Shown: positions 27,305 through 36,217, numbered from the stretch's first letter. The stretch is 64,000 nucleotides of DNA from Bacteroidota bacterium (GCA_040386935.1 JAZKEQ010000013.1:2399-66398); one strand, 5' to 3'. The notes: a model not told the origin generated them from the sequence alone. Translations and numbers: made by a program.

Positions 27305-29304
27305 AAACTCTTGAAAGAGAAGCTTCCCAATACGCCAGGAGTTTGATTGAAGCCAGTCTTGACCCCTTAATCACCATCAATAATGAAGGAAAGATTACGG
27401 ATATGAATGAAGCTCTCGCCAATATCACCGGAATATCTCGAGAAAACTTAACCGGTACAGATTTTTTCGATTATTTCACCGACCCTCAGAAAGCGCGTGA
27501 AGTATACCAAGAGGTATTCGCTAAAGGTTCAGTTGCCGACTTACCACTTACACTGCGCCATAAAGATGGCAAACTAACAGATGTTAAATTCAATGGCTCG
27601 GTTTATAAAGATGATAAAGGCATTGTGTTGGGAATTGTAATTGTGGCAAGAGATGTAACTGAACAAAAACGCATTGCAACAGAATTAACCGAAGCGAAGA
27701 TATTTGCTGAAAAAGCTACAAAAATTGCGGAAGATGCACAAAGCAAAGCTGAAATGGCCACTGAAATTGCTGTAAATGCTGTTAAAGCAAAACAACAGTT
27801 TTTGTCGAACATGAGTCATGAAATCAGAACACCGATGAATGCCATCATAGGCTTTACCAAAGTGGTACTCAGAACAGAATTAACAGACAAACAAAATGAA
27901 TACCTTACCGCAATTAAAATAAGCGGAGATGCACTGATTGTATTAATCAACGATATATTGGATTTAGCAAAAGTAGATGCAGGAAAGATGACCTTTGAAA
28001 AAACTCCTTTCAAATTGGCCTCTTCTATTTCAGCCATGTTGCATTTATTTGAAACCAAAATCATGGAAAAAAACCTGATTTTAATCAAAGAGTATGACAA
28101 AAATATTCCTGAGGTGCTGATAGGCGACCCTGTGCGATTACACCAAATCATTAATAATCTTGTTAGCAATGCAGTAAAATTTACCATTAAAGGATCCATT
28201 ACTGTAAGTGTCACCATGATTGAAGAATCTGAGGACCAGGTAACCATAGAATTTGCCATAAGCGATACCGGCATTGGTATTGTAGACAGTAAAATTGACA
28301 ATATTTTTGAAAACTTCCAGCAGGCTACCAGCGGCACTTCGCGATTATATGGCGGTACCGGATTGGGATTGGCCATTGTCAAACAATTGGTAGAACATCA
28401 AGGTGGCAGTATCAGAGTTAAAAGTTATATCGATAAAGGGTCAACCTTTAGCTTTACTTTAAATTTCCAGAAAACAGTTGAAGCAACGGAAATTGAGTCA
28501 GGATTGGTAGAGCTCGATAAAGAAGTTATCGACTTGAACATATTGGTAGTAGAAGATATTGCACTGAATCAATTATTGATGAAAACACTTTTAGAGGACT
28601 TCGGTTTCAAATGTGATATCGCTGAAAACGGTAAAATAGCCATAGAAAAACTCCTGCTAAAAACTTATGACATGATTCTAATGGACCTGCAAATGCCTGA
28701 AATGAATGGATTTGAAGCCACAGAATACATCAGAAAAAAACTCAATCTCAATATTCCTATCATAGCTTTAACTGCAGATGTCACAACTGTTGACCTTGCG
28801 AAATGCAATGCTGTGGGTATGAATGATTATATCGCTAAGCCTGTTGATGAGCGATTACTGCACCATAAAATTACCGGTATTATTAAGAAAAATATTTTGA
28901 ATAACAGACGCCATGAGCATCCCCCAGTAATAATAAACTCAATTAAATGCACCAATCTCGACAGACTTAGACAGATTACAAAATCAAAAACTGAACTGAT
29001 GATGCAAATGATTGATTTGTATTTGACTCAAACCAGGTATTTGGTTCCTAAGATGAAAGAAAGTTCCAATAACAAGGACTGGCATGCGCTTGAAGCAACC
29101 ATACACAAAATGATTCCTTCATTTTCAATTATGGGTTTTGATACTGAATACGAGACCATTGCTAAAAAAATACAAGAGAATGCGGTCTTACAAACACATA
29201 TTGACAAGATACCTGCAATGGTTACACAAATAGAACAAATTTGTTTACAGGCCTGTATAGAACTTGAAATGGAATATGTCACTTTAAAAAACAACAACCA
29301 ATGA
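27301..29304 (+). CDS. PAS-domain hybrid sensor histidine kinase/response regulator with C-terminal HPt-like domain
   Basis: 667 aa with an N-terminal PAS, a coiled coil, the H-box FLSNMSHEIRTPMNAIIGF, ATPase boxes (DTGIGI, GGTGLGLAIV), a receiver (DMILMDLQMPEMNG ... ALTA) and a terminal HPt-like ATIHKMIPSFSIMGF. The start overlaps the transporter stop (ATGA). Confidence 0.9.
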   Translation: MKTLEREASQYARSLIEASLDPLITINNEGKITDMNEALANITGISRENLTGTDFFDYFTDPQKAREVYQEVFAKGSVADLPLTLRHKDGKLTDVKFNGSVYKDDKGIVLGIVIVARDVTEQKRIATELTEAKIFAEKATKIAEDAQSKAEMATEIAVNAVKAKQQFLSNMSHEIRTPMNAIIGFTKVVLRTELTDKQNEYLTAIKISGDALIVLINDILDLAKVDAGKMTFEKTPFKLASSISAMLHLFETKIMEKNLILIKEYDKNIPEVLIGDPVRLHQIINNLVSNAVKFTIKGSITVSVTMIEESEDQVTIEFAISDTGIGIVDSKIDNIFENFQQATSGTSRLYGGTGLGLAIVKQLVEHQGGSIRVKSYIDKGSTFSFTLNFQKTVEATEIESGLVELDKEVIDLNILVVEDIALNQLLMKTLLEDFGFKCDIAENGKIAIEKLLLKTYDMILMDLQMPEMNGFEATEYIRKKLNLNIPIIALTADVTTVDLAKCNAVGMNDYIAKPVDERLLHHKITGIIKKNILNNRRHEHPPVIINSIKCTNLDRLRQITKSKTELMMQMIDLYLTQTRYLVPKMKESSNNKDWHALEATIHKMIPSFSIMGFDTEYETIAKKIQENAVLQTHIDKIPAMVTQIEQICLQACIELEMEYVTLKNNNQ

Positions 29305-29732
29305 CTTTAAAAAAAGATATGATATTTCTGGTAGATGATGATGCGCTATTTCTTAAATCACTCGAAATAGAATTTCTATTGGATGAAGGTTATAATGTTA
29401 AAACCTTTGCAACAGGAGAACTTTGCATTGATCATTTGTTTATCAATCCTGAAATAATTATCCTGGATTATCATTTGGATGATATTGACAAAACAGCCAT
29501 GAATGGTATTCAGACTTTGGATGAAATCAAAAAAATCAATTCTGACATTTCAGTTGTAATGCTTTCGGCTCAAGACAAGATCAATGTAGCAATAGATTGT
29601 ATGCATCATGGGGCAACAGACTATGTTGTAAAAAGTGAAACCACTTTTATACGATTAAAAACCATCATCAAGGTCATTAATGACCGAAAAAAACTGGAAA
29701 AAGAAGTCAATTGGTATATGGAAAGATTGTAA
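29301..29732 (+). CDS. single-domain response regulator (receiver only)
   Basis: 143 aa with LVDDDALF, IILDYHLDD, VVMLSAQ and DYVVKS. No output domain. The start overlaps the kinase stop (ATGA). Confidence 0.85.
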   Translation: MTLKKDMIFLVDDDALFLKSLEIEFLLDEGYNVKTFATGELCIDHLFINPEIIILDYHLDDIDKTAMNGIQTLDEIKKINSDISVVMLSAQDKINVAIDCMHHGATDYVVKSETTFIRLKTIIKVINDRKKLEKEVNWYMERL

Positions 29733-29837
29733 TCCCCCTCATAGTACCATATAATAAAAAAACCAATCGCGGCTAATTCACCTACATTTACACCAATCTA
29801 GTTCATTTAACAGTATATGATACTCTACATTAAGTAT

Positions 29838-30377
29838 ATGGTGAGTCTTCGTTGTAAAATGATGGTAAAAGATGAGCTAAAAAAAATGGGCTTGCATTTT
29901 ATTATTGTTGATTTGGGAGTAGTCGAAATTCTTGAAGACTTATCAATCATAGAACATGATTTACTCAAAGTTAACCTGCTCAAATCCGGGCTGGAATTGC
30001 TGGATGACAAGAAAAGCATATTGATAGAAAAAATCAAAAATGTGATAATTGAGATTATCCATTACTCAGATGAAATTCCAAAAATGAATTATTCGGATTA
30101 TATCAGTGAAAAACTGAATTATGATTATACTTATTTATCAAATGTGTTTTCTGAAGTAAAAGGCATTACCATACAGCAATTTATCATCATCAATAAAATT
30201 GAAAGAGTAAAAGAGTTATTGCTATATGATGAAATGAATATGACTGAAATTGCTGATAAAATGCACTACAGCAGTGTGGCCCACCTCTCTAATCAATTTA
30301 AAAAAACCACAGGTCTCTCTCCTACTTTTTATAAACAAATGAAAGTAAAGCGACTGACCAATCTCGAAAACATGTGA
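29838..30377 (+). CDS. small AraC-family transcriptional regulator
   Basis: ORF 29817..30377. I prefer the ATG at 29838 (MVSLRCKMMVKDELKKMGL...). The C-terminal double HTH includes ...YLSNVFSEVKGITIQQF... and MTEIADKMHYSSVAHLSNQFKKTTGLSPTFY. Confidence 0.8.
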   Translation: MVSLRCKMMVKDELKKMGLHFIIVDLGVVEILEDLSIIEHDLLKVNLLKSGLELLDDKKSILIEKIKNVIIEIIHYSDEIPKMNYSDYISEKLNYDYTYLSNVFSEVKGITIQQFIIINKIERVKELLLYDEMNMTEIADKMHYSSVAHLSNQFKKTTGLSPTFYKQMKVKRLTNLENM

Positions 30378-30437
30378 AATATGTAATACTCATACTTATT
30401 CATGTAATATTCAACCACTCGAATTGATTCATCTTTG
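30374..30437 (+). promoter_or_regulatory. copy C of the conserved 64-bp tripartite promoter/operator element
   Basis: GTGAAATATGTAAT-N7-CTTATTCATGTAAT-N23-TCTTTG. The GTGAA overlaps the TGA stop of the AraC gene (30375-30377). Confidence 0.55.
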
Positions 30438-30523
30438 CCCCTGTAAGTTTGATTGTTTCGCAATACCAAATACGAATTTGGTTAATAGCATTTTCTCAAA
30501 AGAACTTACTCAATCAATATACA

Positions 30524-31279
30524 ATGAGAAATCCTCTATCACAAAAAATCGCAGCTTCAGCCTTCACCTTTATGGTTGTCTGTTCTGCTTCTGCCTTTAC
30601 TACACCTGCCGTTAAGCATCAGCCACGTTTTAAAACAAATATGACTGAGTCTGATTCAAACAATCAGCCTAATTCTAAACTGAAACACTTTGAATTCGGA
30701 TTGCGCTACATGCCTACTTTTACAAATCTTGAGTTACAAAACAGAGATGGCAATGTCATTGAAAGTTCAGGTAGTTTTAGCAATGGTTTCGGTGCCATGT
30801 TGGGATTCAACATTACCAATCACATAGGCATACAAGCTGAAGCCAGTTTTTATTCTGCTTCACAGAAGTACACTGAAGGCGGATATGACCAGAATGTAAA
30901 AATAAAGTATATTAACATTCCCTTGTTTTTCTCACTAAACACGAATAAAACTTCCCGCTTCAATTTAAATCTTGTTGCTGGACCTCAATTTGGTGTTAAT
31001 GCAGGGTCTAAAATTTCATCAGGAGGGTCAGGCAGTAAAGACACACTTATGGCAGTCGTTGCATTAAAACGTGCAGACTTCGGTTTTGCGTTTGGTGGTG
31101 GTGCAGAAATTATACTGAATACTGACGAAACATTGCGTTTGGATATCGGTTTAAGAGCCTATCGTGGATTTTTAAACATCAATAACGAAACTCAAACTGA
31201 AAACGGCACATACAATGTAATGGTTAAATCAACCCGTAAAACAAACTCAGCTTACATCGGAATTTCATTCCTTTTTTAA
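30524..31279 (+). CDS. outer-membrane beta-barrel protein (porin-family, OMP_b-brl_2-like)
   Basis: ORF 30449..31279. The ATG at 30524 gives MRNPLSQKIAASAFTFMVVCSASAF (signal peptide). Beta-strand alternation, ending in AYIGISFLF. Confidence 0.6.
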   Translation: MRNPLSQKIAASAFTFMVVCSASAFTTPAVKHQPRFKTNMTESDSNNQPNSKLKHFEFGLRYMPTFTNLELQNRDGNVIESSGSFSNGFGAMLGFNITNHIGIQAEASFYSASQKYTEGGYDQNVKIKYINIPLFFSLNTNKTSRFNLNLVAGPQFGVNAGSKISSGGSGSKDTLMAVVALKRADFGFAFGGGAEIILNTDETLRLDIGLRAYRGFLNINNETQTENGTYNVMVKSTRKTNSAYIGISFLF

Positions 31280-31301
31280 AAAAATATTAGTGCTTAAATT
31301 C

Positions 31302-31333
31302 AAAAGTGCCACGAGAAATTGTGGTGCTTTTTT
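31302..31333. terminator. bidirectional rho-independent terminator between convergent genes
   Basis: aaaagtgccac-gagaaatt-gtggtgctttttt forms a stem with two G-U pairs. An A-run precedes it and a T-run follows it. Confidence 0.55.
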
Positions 31334-31336
31334 ATT

Positions 31337-32161
31337 TTATCTCGAAAAAATTTCCGAGAAGAGTCGTTGTATTTTAGCAAAATCATAATGCTTATCGCCA
31401 TAGCTTTCTACCCATTGCATGCCCTTACTGGCATTAGATACAAATACTTCATCGGCCATTCGCAATTCCTCTTCGGTAATCGCTGTTTCATGGATGTTTT
31501 TATTCAGCATCTTGCATTGAGTAATGATATGCTGGCGCATCACGCCATCTAAACAATACTCGCTAAGTGATGGTGTAAGAATATCATCATCCACCATTAA
31601 AAAAATATTGGCGTTATACACTTCACACACCCGTTGGTATTCATTGAACAATACCACTGTATCACAATGTTGTTCGTTAGCTGCAATACCTGCCATTACA
31701 TATTGAATAGCCGAAAGCGGTTTAAAGAAACTGATAAAATTCGATGGTTTTAATATCTGTCCGTACGACCCCATGGCAAGCCCTTTATCATTGAGTTTAT
31801 AACTGCCGGTATCTTCCATAATATCAATAATGAAATTCCCTTTATTGGATGCAGGTGCATAAAATCCTGTAGAGTCGCGGTAAAATGTAATGCGGCAACG
31901 GGCGTTTACAAATCCATTTTTAAGACACAAAAGATTGAGTTGCTCTTCAAAGTACAACTGGGTCCATTTTTCGTTTAAATTAATTTTTAAAAGCTTAGAT
32001 GCTCTTTGAATGCGGTTGTAATGCAAACTGAATAGCTGTGGTAATTTGCCAATGATTTTGATGCTTTCAAAAAAGCCATCTCCGTATTTGTAAATACGGC
32101 TGTGCGATGCAAATATCTTGTCGTCAGCATCGGTTAAAACCCCATTGAAACTAATCAACAT
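31337..32161 (-). CDS. aminotransferase class IV (aminodeoxychorismate lyase / branched-chain or D-amino-acid aminotransferase family)
   Basis: 274 aa with FxYGDGFFE near the N-terminus, and a size and overall pattern typical of PLP fold-type IV enzymes. Confidence 0.7.
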   Translation of the reverse strand: MLISFNGVLTDADDKIFASHSRIYKYGDGFFESIKIIGKLPQLFSLHYNRIQRASKLLKINLNEKWTQLYFEEQLNLLCLKNGFVNARCRITFYRDSTGFYAPASNKGNFIIDIMEDTGSYKLNDKGLAMGSYGQILKPSNFISFFKPLSAIQYVMAGIAANEQHCDTVVLFNEYQRVCEVYNANIFLMVDDDILTPSLSEYCLDGVMRQHIITQCKMLNKNIHETAITEEELRMADEVFVSNASKGMQWVESYGDKHYDFAKIQRLFSEIFSR

Positions 32162-32281
32162 GGTTGCAATTTAAGGAATTTTAAAAAAAAGCAAACAATT
32201 ATTCTAACTAAAGTCTAAATAATGCAGGTTAATCACTGATTGTGTGGATGGGGGCATTATGTTCACCCCATTTAGAAAAAT

Positions 32282-32659
32282 TTAATCCTGACGTTTTAAA
32301 ACAAACTTCATATCATTTTCTGTGATAATAAAGTCCTTATCAGAAATAATCTCTACATCAAAATAGCGTGTTGTATCGGGCTCATCATATTTGAGTTCAA
32401 GGCGATGTTTATTGTACCCCCACTTGCCGGTCATTTTTTTATTGGCCAACAAAATTTCATATCTGAATGTACTGTCTGCAGACAATTCAAGAAAATCTGT
32501 TTCAACAGCAGCAATGAATATTGAATCGGCTTTTAATATCTGCATGTACTGCCAACGGCCTGTCACCCTATCGCGTTCAGATACATGAACACAGGCATTA
32601 AAAAAGACCAATGCAAAAAGTGCTAAGAGTGTGTATTTACTTACGTTTATCAATTTCAT
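32282..32659 (-). CDS. hypothetical lipoprotein (lipocalin-like size)
   Basis: 125 aa with a lipobox in LFALVFFNAC. The ATG at 32659 overlaps the upstream gene end by 23 nt. Confidence 0.45.
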   Translation of the reverse strand: MKLINVSKYTLLALFALVFFNACVHVSERDRVTGRWQYMQILKADSIFIAAVETDFLELSADSTFRYEILLANKKMTGKWGYNKHRLELKYDEPDTTRYFDVEIISDKDFIITENDMKFVLKRQD

Positions 32660-33227
32660 CGCGGATATGGGCAGCTTTTAAATAATCTTCGTTGTTTAAC
32701 GCTGTTTGCAACATTTTTTCTAATTCATCGATGGTTTTATTTTTGTAGCGATCCTCGTCTGATTTAGGTTTTTGTGCAGGCATATCCTCATTTCTTCGTC
32801 CAGGCTTTTCGATTGAATGATCCTCAATTGTGATACCGGCTGCTTCCATAATTTCTTCAGTGGTATAAATCGGACAATCAAAACGCACAGCCAATGCTAT
32901 GGCATCGCTTGTTCTGCTGTCAATTTCCTTAACAACACCATCCATTTCGCATACCAGCATGGAGTAAAATACGCCTTCTTTCAATTTGTGAATCACCACT
33001 TCATTTACCTTGATGTTAAACTCTTTGGCAAAAGATAAAAACAAATCGTGGGTCAATGGGCGTCCGGTATTAATTCCTTCAATCTGAATAGCTATGGCCT
33101 GGGCCTCATACTGACCGACAATAACAGGTATCTTTCGATCACCGCCTTCTTCTGCCAGAATAAGGCTGTATGAGCCTTGCATCTGACTTGGGGCTATACC
33201 GTAGATATCGACTTTTACCTTTTTCAA
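32637..33227 (-). CDS. bifunctional nuclease family protein (DUF151) with C-terminal UVR motif
   Basis: 196 aa. IPVIVGQYEAQAIAI...RPLTHDL is the DUF151 core. The C-terminal LEKMLQTALNNEDYLKAAHIRDEI is a UvrB/C-type motif. Confidence 0.7.
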   Translation of the reverse strand: MKKVKVDIYGIAPSQMQGSYSLILAEEGGDRKIPVIVGQYEAQAIAIQIEGINTGRPLTHDLFLSFAKEFNIKVNEVVIHKLKEGVFYSMLVCEMDGVVKEIDSRTSDAIALAVRFDCPIYTTEEIMEAAGITIEDHSIEKPGRRNEDMPAQKPKSDEDRYKNKTIDELEKMLQTALNNEDYLKAAHIRDEIDKRK

Positions 33228-33238
33228 TGTGATGCCGT

Positions 33239-34183
33239 TTAGTTTTTGGCTGCTTTAGCCGCTGCTATTAACTGTGGTAATATTTCAAATGCATCGCCTA
33301 CGATGCCGTAATCTGCTGCTTTAAAGAAAGGTGCTTCAGGGTCTTTGTTGATGGCAACAATTACTTTACTGCTGCTTACACCGGCCAGATGCTGTATAGC
33401 GCCTGAAATACCGATGGCAATGTATAAATTCGGCTTAATGGTGATACCGGTTTGTCCTACGTGTTCGCTGTGCGGACGCCACCCCATATCACTTACCGGT
33501 TTTGAACAAGCTGTAGCTGCTCCAAGAATTTGCGCCAGTTCTTCAACCATTGCCCAATTCTCAGGACCTTTCATTCCTCTACCTGCAGAAACCACTATTT
33601 CAGCTTCTGTTAATGGAATTTTACCAACTGTTTTGCTGGTATTGGTTATATTGGTTAAACTGCCTGCACCTGTTGCTGCATATGTTTCAGTAGCAATACT
33701 GACATTGTTTTCTTTTAACTCGGTACTGTTTGGTGTCAATGCAATAATTTTACCGGCTCTTTGCATGGTAACATAGGCAAAACCTTTACCTGAAAACACA
33801 CCGCGTTTTACTTTAAAACCATTGGATGCATCCGGGAAATCAACCACATTGGTTACCAATGAAGCGTCTGTTAATACAGCGATGCGTGGTCCCAAGGCTT
33901 TACCTGAATAGGTATTGGCCATTACGATGGTTTGCAAACTGTTGTTTTTTATTACATCTGCTATATTGCGGCTGTAGGTTTGTGCATCAAATGCGCTTAA
34001 ACCTTCAATGACGATTAATTTATTAACGCCATAACGGGCCAGTTTATCTGCTTCTCCTGCATTGGGCTGACCAACACAAATAGCGGTTACCGGACCATTG
34101 TTTACAATACTTGCGTATGAAGCAGCTTCTAATACTGCCTTTTTAAAAATACCTTCTGAATTCTCTGCGTATATACCTGTCAT
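33239..34183 (-). CDS. etfA: electron transfer flavoprotein subunit alpha
   Basis: 314 aa with an FAD-binding C-terminal domain (VVSAGRGM, LYIAIGISGAIQHLAG, IVAINKDPEAPFF). Confidence 0.9.
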   Translation of the reverse strand: MTGIYAENSEGIFKKAVLEAASYASIVNNGPVTAICVGQPNAGEADKLARYGVNKLIVIEGLSAFDAQTYSRNIADVIKNNSLQTIVMANTYSGKALGPRIAVLTDASLVTNVVDFPDASNGFKVKRGVFSGKGFAYVTMQRAGKIIALTPNSTELKENNVSIATETYAATGAGSLTNITNTSKTVGKIPLTEAEIVVSAGRGMKGPENWAMVEELAQILGAATACSKPVSDMGWRPHSEHVGQTGITIKPNLYIAIGISGAIQHLAGVSSSKVIVAINKDPEAPFFKAADYGIVGDAFEILPQLIAAAKAAKN

Positions 34184-34194
34184 TTGTCTTGTTC

Positions 34195-34932
34195 TTATAT
34201 TACTTTAACTTCGTTTTTTAATGCGTCTATCAACTGCCCTGCATTTTGAGCATCGAATAATTTAACTGCTTGCTTGGCAACAGGATTTTCGAATGCACTG
34301 TAGGTATTATAACCTTCTGATGCTTTTGGTTCAACAACACTCAAAGGTTTTGTTCTGGCCGCCATAATCCCTTTCATATTCGGAATACGCGGTTCGCATA
34401 AATCTTTTTGAGCACTGGCTACAACCGGCAATGCCGAAATAATGGTTTCTCTACCGCCATCGATATCGCGTTCGAAATGTGCTTTACCATCAACAATATC
34501 CATTTTTGCACAAACGTTTACTGAAGGCCAGTCGAGAATAGCTCCCAACAAACCGCACATTTGGCCACCGTTATAATCGATGCTCTCGCGACCGGTTAAC
34601 ACCATGTCGTAACCACCGTCTTTAATAATTTGAGCCAATTGCTCAGCTACGAATTGTCCATCTTCAGGATTTGCATTGATGCGGATGGCATCATTGGCAC
34701 CTATTGCCAAAGCTTTGCGTATTACCGCATCAGCATCGGCCAATCCAACATTGGCTACTGTTACGGTGCCTCCGTTTTTTTCGGTTAGTTCTAGCGCTTT
34801 GGTAAGCGAAAGCTCATCGTAAGGATTAATAATAAACTGAACACCCTGTGAATTGAATTTGGTGTTGTTGTCTGTAAATGTAATTTTGGTAGTCGTATCA
34901 GGCACTACACTCATGCACACTAAAATTTTCAT
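34195..34932 (-). CDS. etfB: electron transfer flavoprotein subunit beta
   Basis: 245 aa with MKILVCMSVVPDTTTKI, INPYDELSLTKALEL and LTGRESIDYNGGQ. Sits directly upstream of etfA. Confidence 0.9.
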   Translation of the reverse strand: MKILVCMSVVPDTTTKITFTDNNTKFNSQGVQFIINPYDELSLTKALELTEKNGGTVTVANVGLADADAVIRKALAIGANDAIRINANPEDGQFVAEQLAQIIKDGGYDMVLTGRESIDYNGGQMCGLLGAILDWPSVNVCAKMDIVDGKAHFERDIDGGRETIISALPVVASAQKDLCEPRIPNMKGIMAARTKPLSVVEPKASEGYNTYSAFENPVAKQAVKLFDAQNAGQLIDALKNEVKVI

Positions 34933-35017
34933 CTGTTAATTGATTGTTGCAAAATTAAGCATAAAATGTGCGAAGAAAAAAGGAGTTTTGCAAAGAAAAT
35001 CAACATACTGAAACAGT

Positions 35018-35353
35018 TTGGATGATTCTTTAACAAAACAGATGGATAGAATTCAAATTTTAAGCGACTGGATTAAACAAACACCCGATGACCCATTTCT
35101 TCATTTCGGGTTGGCGATGGAATACCTTTCTATCAGCGATACCGATAAAGCCTTGCAAAAAATGGAAGAGGTTTTCCACTTGTTTCCCGACTATCTGGCT
35201 AATTATTATCAATTGGCTAAGCTCTATGAGACATTGAGCAAAACTGACGATGCCATCAATATCTATGAAAAAGGTATTGCCCTTGCGCTTTTACAAAAAG
35301 AAACTAAAACAGCCAATGAACTGAGAAGTGCATTGGAAGAATTGACCTTTTAA
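35018..35353 (+). CDS. small TPR-like protein
   Basis: 111 aa with a TTG start (alternative ATG at 35042). Helical repeats with a TPR-like pattern (FGLAMEYLSISDTDKALQ..; YYQLAKLYETLSKTDDAINIYEKGI). Confidence 0.5.
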   Translation: MDDSLTKQMDRIQILSDWIKQTPDDPFLHFGLAMEYLSISDTDKALQKMEEVFHLFPDYLANYYQLAKLYETLSKTDDAINIYEKGIALALLQKETKTANELRSALEELTF

Positions 35354-35363
35354 AAATATTTTA

Positions 35364-35798
35364 ATGACTCCAAAAAATCCCCATTACGAACAAACTATCA
35401 GAGAAAAACTGAAGGACCAGCATTTTATGCGCCACATAGGTTTTAACCTCACCCACATACAACCCGGTGAAGTTGAAGGTGAACTGATACTCGAGCAACA
35501 CCACAAGCAACAAAATGGTTTTTTACACGGAGGCGTTACTGCTACTGTAGCAGATCTGGTAATGGGATTTGCCGCTTACACACTTGTTGATACAAACGAA
35601 GGAACGGTAACATCCGACCTTAAAGTCGCGTACATGAGACCCGGATTAGGGCAAAAAATTATTGGCAGAGGGAAAGTAATTAAAGCAGGCAATCTATTAT
35701 TCTATTGCGAAGCCGACATCATCAGTGTTGATGAAAAAGGGGCAGAAACGCTGATAGCAAGAGGCTATTCAACAATGTGCGCTATTAAAATAGGCTAG
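35364..35798 (+). CDS. PaaI-family hotdog-fold thioesterase
   Basis: 144 aa with ...QQNGFLHGGVTATVADLVMGFAA, the PaaI/4HBT signature. Confidence 0.8.
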   Translation: MTPKNPHYEQTIREKLKDQHFMRHIGFNLTHIQPGEVEGELILEQHHKQQNGFLHGGVTATVADLVMGFAAYTLVDTNEGTVTSDLKVAYMRPGLGQKIIGRGKVIKAGNLLFYCEADIISVDEKGAETLIARGYSTMCAIKIG

Positions 35799-35806
35799 TA
35801 GACGAT

Positions 35807-36217
35807 TTAATTTCTAAAACCATCGGGTTGGTCGTTCAGCCATTCTTTGGCTTTTTGAACTTCCGTAAAGAATTTAACAGGGTAGATGTTTTTAATACAT
35901 CTCAAATAAAAATTGGCCACCATTTTTTGGCCCAATGAGTGTACCACCATGGCCTCAGCAATAACTTTATCTTTAATTTTATGGCTTTCATTATGTCCAT
36001 ACTCACGGGCTTGACGGGTTATCTCAGTAAATTTACCTGACACAATCAATTTTTTTATACGCTTGCCGTTGGTGAACTGATGCAATTTGGAGTAAGAGTC
36101 TTTTAATTCCTCCACATCAATAATAGAATGATCTTTAAAAACAATCTCTACTGTTTGTTCATCTATCATTTTCAATGATTTCAGAACAATACTTTCCTGT
36201 TCCATAGTGTTTAACAA
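35807..36217 (-). CDS. hypothetical small protein, paralog of 7388..7759
   Basis: 136 aa. IVLKSLKMIDEQTVEIVF...VIAEAMVVHSLGQKMVANFYL...KFFTEVQKAKEWL aligns along its length with the 7388..7759 product. Confidence 0.55.
   Translation of the reverse strand: MLNTMEQESIVLKSLKMIDEQTVEIVFKDHSIIDVEELKDSYSKLHQFTNGKRIKKLIVSGKFTEITRQAREYGHNESHKIKDKVIAEAMVVHSLGQKMVANFYLRCIKNIYPVKFFTEVQKAKEWLNDQPDGFRN

Noticed and set aside
27816-28382. 188-aa ORF antisense to the hybrid histidine kinase. Similar long antisense ORFs occur at 33345..33776, 38088..38522, 44025..44417, 42159..42485, 14448..14807, 13403..13750 and 25783..26124.
   Set aside because: Each lies wholly inside a gene on the opposite strand or in another frame whose product has clear family motifs (HK, EtfA, LepA, CzcA, YtxH and others). 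Their translations are low-complexity with no recognisable motifs. Such ORFs are expected by chance opposite real genes in AT-rich DNA.
30424-30615. 63-aa ORF and the 25-codon N-terminal extension of ORF 30449..31279.
   Set aside because: Both would start inside or directly after regulatory element C. The ATG at 30524 yields a canonical signal peptide for the OMP, so the upstream starts are unlikely.
31319-31552. 77-aa plus-strand ORF overlapping the 3' end of the class IV aminotransferase gene.
   Set aside because: It overlaps a motif-supported gene on the opposite strand and begins inside the bidirectional terminator. It has no motifs.
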